Source: Antedon mediterranea (taxonomy: Eukaryota; Animalia; Echinodermata). Taken from it: 64,000 bases of DNA. The stretch is taken from contig NC_092679.1 in the NCBI RefSeq assembly GCF_964355755.1, positions 20,877,432 to 20,941,431 of the forward strand, written 5' to 3'. The number at the start of each line of letters is the position of its first letter. The stretch's first letter is position 1. The notes under the pieces are model-generated. The model was not told the origin of the DNA, did no database searches, and was given only the letters and a program-made list of their open reading frames with translations. Shown here one piece after another: positions 49,603 to 62,800 of the stretch. Both the position numbers and the translations under genes were made by a program.

Positions 49603-52600
49603 AGATAAAACAGTTTTGGAATACGAATGATTAGGAAGAATATTCTTTTGGTTTGTATACTTTTCCATGCTATGTTGTTTAAGTGATGTCAAAAACTGAC
49701 ACAAAAGTGTAAATACAGTCAATAATTTCAGCATAATAATTGTACTATAAATAATGTTTCGCTAGTAAAATGGCCGAACAGTAAGCGAAAAACAAGAATA
49801 TATAATCTATATTTCTTATGACCATTTGCACAGAATGCGGAGCGGACAGGCGATTTAACAGAAACCCATTACAGATTCTATGTTTTTTTGGCTTACCGTT
49901 ACTGCTCATCTGTGTAAATTGACCTTAACTGGCAGTCTAGAAATCATTTTTTATTTGATGTAAAAAAAAAATTAATTTATTCAATAGCTCATTATTTTTA
50001 CATTCATAATTGTTTTATCATATCTATACTTTACCTTGTAATAAAGGACCTGTTGAAATCTAGATTGAGATTTTCAGGCAAATAATAGCAGGTACGACAC
50101 AGAAAGAACAAAGGACCATGAAGTAAACAATAAATAGTATAAATGGAAAAATTCCAATGTTTTTTGGGGGTGGGGATCGGAGGAGGGGATGAACCAGCAT
50201 AGGTCGTTGTACAGTACTTATCTTTTTTTATTTTTATACTGATTCAAACAAGTATATGTTCTGTCAATTGTTTTTTCGTACAAGTCTTTGTCTTATTTAT
50301 TATTTGCGATTATTTAAGAGAAGCAAGTTACTGTTTTGTTAATGAATAAAGTGTTATTTTTCATCTTGTGTGATATTTCTTTAATGATTAGTTCTTGTGT
50401 TTTATGAAACATTAAAAACTGCACATGGACGAGGAGTTGCAAAAGAGGTCGTAGGACCCCTGTTGCCATTTATATCTGACACGCTGGATTCAAAAGTATA
50501 TAGAAATAAAATTATTTTTGATAACTAGTCTGAGAAGATTCTTGTCATTTAATTGGAAAATTGTGGGTCACATGATATAAATAAATGTGATGTAGCATAC
50601 TCGAGCATGCCTTGTTATGTAAATCAAGTACTGCAATTTTGTTGTGTGCATTCAATTTTGTTATACAAAGTGAGTGGGCAAACACACATGCTACGCTGTT
50701 GTTGACTGATCGCGTTTGACTGTAATGTGCACCTTCTACAATTGTTCTACCAAAATTGGAGTGCTATCCTCTTCAAATGGCCTTAGCCTCTTGTTACGAC
50801 AAGATTACAGACAGCAAGGTACCGACTGTCATTTGTCCCATAATGCATATTTAAAAATAATGACGACAAACAAATAATTTTTTTTTTCAAACACCTGATA
50901 GCATTTATCCTTATCTGTACAAATTTTACAGTACTGTGTATTTTACTTTGTGTTTTAACATTTTACTGATTTTATTCTATTTTTGTATTAAGTTGCCATG
51001 AGAAAAACCAATTTCAAATCTTTCGTTGATGAACTATTTGACAATAAAGTTATCTTGTTTCATGTAAAAGTAGGTGTGTTTATAAAAGAAATAATGAATG
51101 TTTTATTATATTTATAATAGAATTTGGTGAAAGAGGAGTTATTTTATCTGCACTATACTGTGCAAATTTTCTTCTTTCACTGTTATAAACATTCATTATT
51201 TGTACAGTATTATGCAGTGAGTAGCTCATCACATTTAAAAAAAAAAGTGTGATCTGCAAATCTGTTAGCAAAGCTATAGATACACCAGAGAAAATGACTT
51301 CCGATGAAAAGAATTTTGAATGCAAAATGATGCACTCCATAGTAACATTTTGATCCTTGTGTATAAACCAACCTCCTACAATTTCATTTTAACTGATTCT
51401 TGAATTGAATTAGCATTGTTGAAAAATGTAAAATACAGTATGATAAAATAATCTCCACATAATTTGCAAAACCACTATAGCGCCCTCAATGTAAAACACT
51501 ATTAAAACTGTATCCTGGGACTTGCCAAATTCCGTAACAGGTAACATAGCAATTAATCTCGATCTAACCTAATATCGGCCGATAACAGCTCAAATTCAAC
51601 TAACTAAATATCTCTTTTTCAAGTACCTTATAATCTCGGATTAGGTTTAATTACAAAATACGGATTGTGTGTCTTACATAATTTTCGAAATCTGGCTATT
51701 ATTTTGTTACCTTAATATAGCTCAGTCTGACCGTTCCCTGGCGAGTTGATCCATATAAACTAATTGGAGATTGTTGGCCTCAATTGCTATTAAATTTGTC
51801 CTCTTGTCTCCTCTTATAGAGATTATTGATCTATTTTCAAAATCAATGTTTTACATATATATGTATTTCTGGATATGATCTATTAATTTTCTTATTTCTA
51901 GGATCATATTTTTTATGAAATGTGTATCATTCGAAATATATGCCTTTTATCCTCCCATGCATATTTTCTGATATTAGGAATCATGATATTACATTTATAT
52001 TTATATGTAGATATTATCGATTATGATTTTTACTATATAGTCTCATAGTGTGTATTATTAATATACCAATAAATCAGTTTGGATGTACAAACTATTTATA
52101 ATATACTAAATGAATGAATGAATTATATATTTTTTTATTCATTTTTTATACAGCATTTGTTTTCATAAAAACACCACAATTATTGTTTTATTCCTTTCTT
52201 TTTTCCCTTTACATCCTTTTCCATTCTTTAAATGTATTTTCTTTGAATACTAGTAAGTAAGTAATATTTATTTCTTTCCAAGAACAATACAATTTATAAA
52301 ACAGCATAAAATATGAATGAAAGTAAATACAGAACAATACAAACAAAGGCTTGACACTACCTTTGTAATTTACAAACAATTTTCTGTAGTTTGTTTACAG
52401 TACATACGTTATGTAATTTTTATGGTGTCATGAGACGACAGTGACCAAATTATTTGACTCTATGTAATCCCTCAACCAAATGATACTTTGTGGTTTTTTT
52501 GTTTTGTTTATATACATATTTTGATGATTGCTGATTTTGATCAAAATAAATGAATTGAAAGTTGAAAAAGAAAAAATGGAAATAATATATGTTTGGATTT

Positions 52601-53579
52601 CTGAAAAGAAGAGTATGAGCTTAAAAAAGAAAAACAATCTTTGAGTAATCAGTTTTGGCTAATTTACAAAAATTTTAAAATCCATAGGATCATTAATTGA
52701 ATAACTACTGCTTTTTTGGATAATATTAAAAACAAATATTTATCACGTCTTTTTGTATTTATTTTTATATTTTTTTGGCGCCACAGTTATGATTTTAAAA
52801 GTATATCACCAATATACACACTTATTTATACAGCAGAACATCGCAAAGAAAATAATAAAATATTAAAGTGATCCAGTAAAAGGAAAAAGTTGAGAGGAAA
52901 AATCAATGGTATTTTTTTTTTAGTTTCAGGTATTTTATCTTATCTTGTATTTTTATTTGTTCTACATTGATACGGGTGGATAAGAAACAAATTTTATAAG
53001 AAGCGACATTTCCATTTTATAATATTTTCACTACAGATATCCTGATCTTTACCGTATTAAATTAAAACATCAAGTCCTATTTTTAATATTTGCAATTTAA
53101 AAATGTTATTATTTGAAAACATCAATCACTATTTTCGTACAATCTCACAATTATCCTCTATAATATTAACACAAATTTTTACAATCCTACAATCAAACAC
53201 CGAATAACATGCTCTTTATAGTCCCGTCTTTCATATTCTCACATATAATTGGAAAATTCAAGCATAGAATCAGTTGCATAAAATACTGTAATAACATTTC
53301 TTTATAGTTCCGGCATTAATATTCCAAGGTACGATCAACGAAAATTGGGAATTAAAACTCGTTCAGATAAAAACACAGGTAGCTGCATAAATAATGACAT
53401 TGCGGTGAATTTTTTTGTCTTTCGGGATCGTTATGGCTGATGAAATTATTCGAGCTAATCCGAATATGATCAAACCACCCACTGTTGGGTCATCGACTTT
53501 CAGATCCCTCAGTCAGTGACTTTTTGAATATGTAATTACTTCATGACTCCTTGTCCTAGTTTGTAGTCTAGCGTCCAGC

Positions 53580-54125
53580 TAAACAAATGCTGTGTGAAGG
53601 TAATGTGGAGGCCTATTCCTTTGACCATTTGCATAATTATGCTAAGCTTGCTATGCTTTTAGTGAAAACATTTCTTTATTATATAGCCTATACAAATGCT
53701 GTGTGAAGGTATTGTGGAGGCCTATTCCTCTGACCATTTAAATTTGCTAAGCTTGCTATGGTTGAATGAAAACATTTATTTCTTATGGCCTAAACAAATG
53801 CTGTGTGAAGGTATTGTGGAGGTCTATTCCTCTGACCATTTACATATGCTAAGCTTGCTATACTTGAGTGAAAACACTTTATATGGCCAGGTTTGACCAC
53901 CTTATACAAATTCTGTGTGAAGGTATGTGGTGGCCTATTCCTCTGATCATTTACTATGCTAAGCTTGCTATGCTTGAGTGAAAACATTTCTTTATTATAT
54001 GCCTATAAGTTAGACCACTTTATACACTAAATGCTGTGTGATGGCCTATACTGACCGTTTACATGTTAAGCCTCCTGTGCTTGAGTGAAAACAATTATTT
54101 ATATATCGCCTATAGTTTGACCACT
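53580..54125. repeat. Minisatellite, ~5 copies of a ~100-120-bp unit
   Basis: Recurrent ACAAATGCTGTGTGAAGGTATTGTGGAGGCCTATTCCTCTGACCATTT...ATGCTAAGCTTGCTAT...GTGAAAACA. Confidence 0.9.
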
Positions 54126-54299
54126 CACTTGTATTCTGTATTCTTCAATTGTATAATTGAAATTATAAAAAAGTTTATCCATCCTGTAATTGACGATTTT
54201 GTGCTCGCTGTTTTTTTTAAAACAATTATTTCTTCCTTTTGTGATTGGTTAAAACTTTTGATATACCTTGAATCTTATTTTTCAGATATTCCATTTATT

Positions 54300-54900
54300 T
54301 ATTTATTTTAATCATTTCGGCAATAGACATGATAACTTAACAAAACACAGAAATATATAATATAAAATAATCATTCCTGATGACATAATTAATGATGAAA
54401 TATTGAATGCTATATAATGATGGCATATAGTTCATTGCTTGGAGTATAGAATATACTTTTGTATACTAAAAACTTAAACACAAAAATGTAATTCAGCAAT
54501 AGTATTTGTAATATATCTACATACATGTGAACATTTGTCACCCTATCAACAATACCTATTGTATGTTCTCCCTTGATACTACTATCTTCTGTTTGTAACA
54601 AATAATATAAAACTTTGTTAGAAAATCCAATAAATTCCAATTATAATTAAACTTCTCATTCCAGACTCAAAAACCTGTTATTTAAACTCCCATCCAGAAA
54701 ATTGACACCATTAAAATGATTCCAACAAAGTCATTACTGCTCAATTCATTCCGTAATTCCAAGATGTTCTCCGTCGAAGAAATTTGGCGACATTTTCCAG
54801 ATTTCTTTTTACAGAAAACATAGATGTATAGATTTCTCGTTCATACATTTTCATGACATCACATTAAAGCCTTATTCTAATGCATCAGAGGCAGTTAGTC
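54300..54900 (-). mobile_element. Highly decayed L1/Tx1-like LINE 3' fragment (similar traces at ~46500-47050 and ~52260-52800)
   Basis: Broken frames with W.EKFNYNW and FVFKFLVYK-like segments reminiscent of the ORF2 C-terminus. Confidence 0.3.
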
Positions 54901-57179
54901 CCTTCTGAAAATCCAGAAGATAGTAAGAAAAGTCTTAGGCTAATAAGACGAGCGCAATTATTTAGGGCATTCCACTACAATTAAGGTGATCACAGGCTTT
55001 TCATATTCATGATGATCGCGTGTAAGACTAGGGGGTAATTTGAATATTTTCGACCAGCTTTTCAAGGTCTCCGACCTTGATTTGACTTCAAACTTTTACG
55101 GTTTTTTTATTGTATGATAAAAAATGTTTATTCAATATGTACAGTAGTAATGATTAATTTGACCCATAAATTTGGAACTAAATATATGTGACAATGATTG
55201 TCTTGTTCTAGCTAAGTAATAACAAAATAAATTGATTTCCGCAACAAATGTGTAATTATTTTTTATGGATTAAAATGATGATGATGAAGAGGTAAGATTA
55301 TAATAGATAACAAAGCAACAGTTATATAAAATATTAAATATAATCAATGCTTCTGTCGTGATTTTGTTGAATCGCTTTTATTTAATTTGCTTCATTAGAA
55401 GGATAAGTAAACAAGTCTTTGGAAATAGGTCCTTTCTCCTTAAAGATTACATGTCCCAAATTCTATCGTTACTTGCACAGTTTCGTTGTTCTCAATACCA
55501 CCTGTGTATTGCTTGTATTCTCTATATTTCTCCCCATTTTAAACATTTATAATATGAACATAAATAGCCTTTATTTACAGCAATTTTACATTTTTTTATA
55601 TTGAATCCAATGTAGTTCGTATAATAATAATAATTTATTTGGAAGCTACACTTTTGAAACAGTGACACACTTCTTGAATGAAGGTGCGTGTCCAGATTAA
55701 GTAAAATAAAAGTTAGAGAAAAAAAGTGATTTAACAATAGGCCTATTTACAAGGAAACTAAATTATGAACAAAATATACAGGATTTTAAAAACAAAGAAA
55801 GCATTTTCATTGTTGCTTTCCTTTATTTGTGTTTTACAGTGACTTTCATTTGACAACTTATATGACAATTTTCTGTTTTATATAGTTTAGTATCCTATTT
55901 CAGTGATAGATAAATATTTTGACAGTTTATATTTCATTTAACATTTCATGATCTATATACCTTGTCGATTTATCTTTGGTTATTTGCTTTTATTAACCAA
56001 ATTGATAAAAAATAATAGTTTTTCTTAAAAGTTCAACTTTAATGTGATTATTATTCTAATCTAAAAATGTGCAATATAAAACATCAAATAGGTTTTATGT
56101 GTTTGTATGTTTTATAAAGAAGGTGTTTATTCAGTGTAGATTGACACTATGTTCCTGGTACTAATATTCTTAGTTATTTTAGTAAATTACGAATTGATTT
56201 ATTCCAGAAAAAAATTTATGTATTTTCAAAATACAGTTAATTCACAGTAATAAAATTAATGCATTGTATTTACTTAATAAAAACATAAAGCTATAATATT
56301 AATTTTAATATTCACATAGCAATTTTACCTAATATAGTAATACCTAATTTGCATATTAATTGTATTTTAAGCTTGTGTCACTGTCAAAATGACACTTCTA
56401 TTTTCCGAAATCTTGTTCAAAGTGAATGAATACCTGAGTACTACTTACTATAAATAATCTACTCAAAACCTTTGAAATTATATTTCTTGTTTTAAAAGGA
56501 ATTTTGACTGAAAAGTGAAACATTTTCATTTGATGTTAAGTATCAGTTGCTAAGGTTGATGAAGAACTTTAGGAGGAGAAAGGGTTGATGATGGAATATG
56601 TATGATAGATGATTAAAATAACTTAATATTTGTAACAAACCTGTTTTACTCAATAAAATTTAATGTTTTATGTAAACATTTCTATTCAGTATTTTTGTTT
56701 GGCAATGTCAATAATAAAATATACATTAGACTAAATACACCTTCTAAAGAAGAAAGTAATGATAATTTATAAATTTATACACACACACATACTTTTTAAA
56801 ATATACTTTTACTTTGTTATTGTAGACTTTTAAATTAGAAATGTTTAATGTTTTAAAATATTAGATATTAAAGAAAAAAATTTACTTTTAAAAGGTACAT
56901 GATAAAAATAAAAGCTAATATAATCACATTAAAGATACACAAAGTGACCTACTTAAAAAAACTGTGCAATCTAAACTCGGACTTCCTATTGAGAATAATC
57001 AAACAATGGCATTTATCTTATGTGCGTGGACCTATCAAGACATATACACATTACCATGTTGTTACGTGAAGATACTTGCGTAATTAATCAGCCGTAGAAT
57101 CAACCGGGTTTGACAATTCATGTCTCCATTGTTCAAATGATATTGACCAATTAAAAAAGATACGGAGACCATTAAAATC

Positions 57180-57330
57180 GAATGTAAATTACTTAAATAA
57201 AATGTAGGTTTGGTTGCTTTTCCGCGCTTGACCAGAACACGGGAGAAAGTTTTATTGGCGACAGTGTGCCTCTCGCGCCATCGCGGCAGAAACAAAATGT
57301 TTAAGATTGATAAGGTCTTTCATAGGCCGA
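57180..57330. promoter_or_regulatory. Isolated CpG-rich promoter/enhancer-like patch
   Basis: TTCCGCGC, ATTGGCG and TCTCGCGCCATCGCGG within very AT-rich surroundings. Confidence 0.3.
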
Positions 57331-58066
57331 TTTTTTAAAACCACTCTGCTTTTTACCCATGTTATGAATGACGTTGTAATCCGGACGATGACAACGAGTC
57401 TCAGGATTTCTTTAAGTGTCGTAGTGTATTGAAGAAGCAAAGAAGTTTGAACCAACCTACATTTGTGTATCTAGTTGTAGAGGCACCCTAGGCCTATAGC
57501 TTAGCAGAGACAATCGGACGGCCTTCAGCATGAAAAGCATTACAGAAGCCTAGATAAGCCCACCATGATTCCACAGCTCCTTGGAATACTAACCCAGATG
57601 TGGGCTGACCAATCAACACGATTACTCAACTCCTTCGTGTCCAAGACAACCACCGCAGACTATCTTAAAATGTACAGGGTACTTGCGACAATTAATATTC
57701 AAGTACTATTTTAATAGAACAAGTACAAAGTAATAATTGATTAATATCATATACACAAGGTCAAAGACATAACTAAATTACGTAGCAAAAAACACTTTAC
57801 TTGACCACAATTAATTAGATCAAATCTGGTTTTATGTCATCTGTATCTATTAATAACAAAAAGATAGGGAAACAAAGACATAAGGATAGGATGTATTTTT
57901 AAAGAAGAAAGTAACAAAGGATAATGTTGGCCTAATTTGCAAGAATAGTAGTATGATCTGATTTATTTATTTTCTAAATTTTCAAAATAAAACAAACATA
58001 ATATTAATAAAATGAAAATACAAAAAAAAACCCAAACTAAGTTTCATTTTCTAATACTAGTTCAAG

Positions 58067-58102
58067 CATGGAGGTATTAAATTTTAATTTTATACCTCCA
58101 TT
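58067..58102. mobile_element. P-element-type excision footprint (17-bp arms + 2-nt filler)
   Basis: GTTCAAG-[CATGGAGGTATTAAATT TT AATTTTATACCTCCATT]-GTTCAAG. Confidence 0.7.
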
Positions 58103-58569
58103 GTTCAAGGATTGCCTTGATTAGTTACATTTTAAAAAACGACAATGGTTTTTGTATTTAAATGTTACGGCTTTATGCCAACTTATTCATTGTTTTATAA
58201 TAATTTTAATTAATACTAATTATTTGTATCATATTCATATGTAGTTCTCAACAACAACAGTTGTTATTAGTGTTGTGAATATTGCATTATTTAATATTTT
58301 AATAAATAAGAATTAATATTTTATTTAATTTTTATTCCAGGAAAATAAGCAATATGCCTATTTATTATTTTCAGTCCTTTTTAAAATTTAGTTCTATATA
58401 GTTTATATTAGTTTTGGTTATATTGCATTATTTAATATTTTAATAAAGAAAAATTAATATTTTATTGACTTTTTAATCCAAGAAATCTTGCTTTTTTAAT
58501 ACTTTTTATTGTGTTTAAATTCTTATACTTAAAAGAACAATACTACATTTGTATGTGCTGCTAAACGTT

Positions 58570-58960
58570 ATTTTATGTAGGTCGGGGTTAAGGCTACGAA
58601 ACCTTCAAAAACCTCTCGTAATTTCCTTTTCCCCATCAGAAATTTTCGTAAATCCTTCAAAAACTTTTTATAGGTTAATCTCCTTTTATATTCATGAATA
58701 TTCTTTTTTTTTACTTTGTTCAAACTAAGAATTAATTTTATTTTAAAACCTACATTTTGAAGATGTTGTAATTTTTTTTCCATACAAAATGTGACCTTGT
58801 TTGTTCAGTTCCTGTTTATTATTCAAATTTATGGTTTTGAATTACTTCTTTTTGACCCAATTTTTTTACGGATTCATAAGTATAACAAATTTATATTGAT
58901 AAATAATCTTTTACAGTTTTGATTAATTTTTATTCAAAATATGTAATATATTTTCAAGTA
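58570..58960 (-). mobile_element. Decayed L1/Tx1-like LINE zf-RVT region
   Basis: Remnant TFCMEKKLQHL resembles the CxxC..ETxxHL motif; frames are broken. Confidence 0.3.
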
Positions 58961-59018
58961 ATCCCTGTACCAGGCCTCCTTCATAATACCCCCTAAGCTG
59001 TCATCTTCTTTGAAATAA

Positions 59019-59139
59019 AGATCTGTCTACATTATCAAACTTTATGTGACAAAATAAAGTGATGTGCCCATATATACACAATGTTATCATATCACTACCA
59101 TATTTGGGCACATTATACTTTGATGGTGTAGACAGAGCT
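59019..59139. mobile_element. Harbinger-like MITE family A (deleted)
   Basis: Family TIRs; TAA TSD. Confidence 0.8.
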
Positions 59140-60049
59140 TAAAGTTAAGGCAAGTAAATCTTATTTTGATTTAGTTGCACAAAAGGTCTATATAAAGAGA
59201 AGACTGCAAGAACTCATCTATTTGAATGCTACTAAAAAAAAGACAAACCAAAATTCTATTAATATTAAATATACAAAAAAGACATATTTGAAGGTTACTG
59301 ATTATTAAACTTTCTTGCCTTATTTAAGATTATTGAAAAAGATTGGAATAAATATATATATCATTGTAACACGATTCTTATGGAAGATCATAGTGAATAA
59401 AAAGAAACATATGTATAAATATGAATATAAAAATGAAACGTAATGGTAATCATCAAACACAATGATTGTAGCTTATGGAATTTGTAGTTAAACCCATAAA
59501 ATAGTAATTATTCCATGTATTACGCACCCATCTGAGAATTACGATTCCAATCACTTGACAATCTCATCACGTAGTTACAAGACACTTTTTATTTTCATTA
59601 AACTCATAAAATCTGCTTCAGAAGTGTTGTTATAATGAAAAAAATTGGAAAATAATGAGAACCTGGCCGGCGAAGAACAATATGATTCGATTCGTTGCAA
59701 GACTAATTAGGTTACATAAATTAAGGGGCAGATTTAGGTGCTAGTAATAGAGTGTTGTAAAACGGAAATAAATGCCGCTACATAAACATTGTAATTGAAC
59801 GTTTATGCGTAGCATATGTATGTCGGAGTGGAGCCATGGCTTTATGCTGTCTCTTCCAAGCATCTTTATTTTAATCAGCTTTTATTATTATGTGGATAAT
59901 TTGGTAGAAGTAATGTTTTAGATGTTTAAAATTGTTATAATTATAATTATTGGTAAAATCCTCCATCATAATAATTTATTATATTATTTCTAAATTCATT
60001 GTATAATTCATTATAAATTCTGTAATATAATATATTTTGCCTGTATCTT

Positions 60050-60812
60050 TCATTCACTTACTTATCCATCATCCATCCATTAATTTACTTCTTCATTTAT
60101 TCGTTCCTTTATGCATCCATCCCTCATTTAATCCATTCATTTATTTGTTATTATTTTTATTCATTGATTCATTATTACATATACATATTTCATACAAAAA
60201 ACTCATTTATTCATTCTTCATCCATTCATTCATTTCTTTATTCATTCATTTGTTCATTCATTCATTCATCATTATTTTTATTTATTGTTTGATTATTTGA
60301 TTCATTATTATATATACATATTTCATACAAAAAACTCATTTATTCATTCTTCATCGATTCATTCATTTGTTTATTAATTCATTTGTTTGTTCATTCATTC
60401 ATTCATCATTATTTTTATTTATTGTTTGATTATTTGATTCATTATTAAATATACATATTTCATACAAAAAACTTATTTATTCATTCTTCATCCATTCATT
60501 CATTTCTTTATTCATTCATTTGTTCATTCATTCATTCATCATTATTTTTATTCATTGTTTGATTATTTGATTCATTATTACATATTTCATACAAAAAACT
60601 TATTCATTCATTCTTTCATTCATTTATTTATTCATTATTATTATTATTATTTTTATTCATGATAATTTGACGTTATTGAATATAGATATTTCATACAAAA
60701 AACTCATTCATTCTTTCATTCATCCATTCTTTCATTCATTAATTTATTCATATTACTTTCATTTTATTCATTATAATTTGACATTATTAAATATACATAT
60801 TTGATACAAAAA
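60050..60812. repeat. (TTCA)n-derived minisatellite with a ~100-130-bp higher-order unit
   Basis: Repeated ATACATATTTCATACAAAAAACTCATTTATTCATTC anchors among ATTC tracts. Confidence 0.9.
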
Positions 60813-60952
60813 ATATGTTTTATTGTCGGTTACCATCTGGACAAACATTAACACTTGATTGATTAGCTGACTGCGTGATTTATCCTCCTTTTGATTGATT
60901 GATTAATTGATTGTCTCCAATTCATCAAAGTTATTTGATATATGTATTATAT

Positions 60953-62800
60953 ACCACAGGAAAGGAAATTGCCAGCCATTTCAGACAGGTGTTTATTTCA
61001 GTCTGGTCCAAATCCCATACAATGTTGTTGCCTAATTGCTTGTCTAGAACATTTATCCCTTTGAATGTCAAGGCGGCTTTGCACAAAGTTCCTAACTTAG
61101 TTCTTTTAGGATTATTTTGTGTTATTCGATTCTATTCTGGAGTTTGGATTAGTTTAATTTCTTTGGCGGTTTTTGGATGTTTATTCCAAGGTCGTATTTT
61201 CAGAACATATTTCTATTTTTTTCGTTTAAGATATTTGCGGTGTAAAGGTCCTAACTTCAAATCTTCTGCTGGGTGATTACTGTAATATGAAAAACAGGAC
61301 TGAATAAAAAAGGTAAATGAATAAATTACTAGGAAAAAACCTTTCCAGTACAATTCCAGTCATTTTGATATCCCATGTGTTTAAATAACGATACCAATAA
61401 CTGTACAAACTGCCTTACAATACATTTATACAAATATAACTGGCTCAATTCAATTCATTAAAACTTTATTTAGCCATGGAGGCCCAGATCAACACATGAA
61501 TGTTTTTACCTGCGTCGGTGCACATAAAAAAACAAATACAATTTCAACAATGTTTTAATAATATTATGTAGGCCTACATTATATAAATATATATTTAAAT
61601 GGTATGTTAATGTTTTTTTGGTTGTAGAGCGGGGGTTAACCCTTGACCAATGACTGTAGTATGATCAGTAGTTGAATTATAACAAAATAAAAGCATACCT
61701 GCCCAGGTGTTCACTTTGATCTTTAACTTTCATTTTTCATATTAATGAAAGAATTATATTAAAATGATACAGGTTATAGATACTGTTACCGGTTAAGCTT
61801 TGTTGCGTGCTTGAGTAGGTAGCTTTGAAGTACCTTGCGTTGATGTCGGTATTATTTGTACCATTGTATTGACGGTGTTGTAGTTGTCGTATCGGGTGTA
61901 ACAACAAACCTTTGGTTAATAGTTGTTGCCTCCAGGCTTGGAACACTCTTTTCTATTCATATGAAAACTATAAGGAATTATACAGTACTTGAGCTTGATG
62001 TGGGATTTTGGCATGTGACAGTTCGGATCTAATCTTTGACCAAAATTAAATAACTTACGTATTCTTTATAATACTCTTTTGATTTTGGTTAATCCAGCTA
62101 ATTTGATTGTGCCAATTAACCTTCAGTCCCTGTGGGTACAATGTTATCCCTACTTCAACCACCTGTGTTTGGACTTGGATGTTGATATTGACCATTTCAA
62201 TCAATGGTAAAGCTTTTAGTAAATCAGTGGTCAATACCTCAATTATCTTTATGAATAGGAATGTACTTTTGATTCTGTATTTCAAAATATTTAGAAACAA
62301 CTTTTGAATCTTATGCCATGCATTTTAAAATGTTGTATTTGTAAATACTGTAGTTAGTATTCTGTAATGGCCTTGTTAAAATCACTATATTAAGTGATCA
62401 AGTTTTCCGTTTTCAAATAAATTATTATTATTATTTCTACAGGTATACTCATAGTGTTGAAAATAAATAGCTCCATCATTGTGTGAATATCCTTTCACAG
62501 TTTTGCTTTGGTTGATTTACCAAAACATTTTAATTTTTGTAAATGCTTGTTCTGATGCTTTAAAAGCGGTTACCTCTTTAATCATCCAGAACCTCCATTT
62601 TATTTTTTCTTGACCGTTCAACACCGACTTTTGATGTCCCGTCAATGAACAATTCATTAGAGAGACTTTGGCGACACTTACCTTATAAACATGTGTATTC
62701 GTCAGAAAGGCCCATGTGCTGCATATTCTATAACTGAATTGTTCCTTCCGGATTAGGTTACAGGTCCTATTGTGCTACCTAGACTAATAGGCTATTAGCC
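60953..62800 (-). ncRNA. Possible spliced non-coding or pseudogenic transcript
   Basis: Exon-like GC-richer blocks bounded by canonical sites: donors at ~62681 GTAAGT, 62058 GTAAGT, 61698 GTATGC; acceptors at ~62275, ~61968, ~61280. No continuous ORF after splicing. Confidence 0.3.

Noticed and set aside
53696-54311. ORFs with repeated MLCEGIVE peptides
   Set aside because: Translation of a minisatellite whose unit lengths do not preserve the frame.
60037-60300. His/Phe/Ile-rich ORF
   Set aside because: Product of the (TTCA)n simple repeat.
62487-62495. ATATCCTTT U12 AT-AC donor consensus on the plus strand
   Set aside because: The preceding 44-nt exon candidate has stops in all three frames and no matching branch point/AC acceptor was identified.
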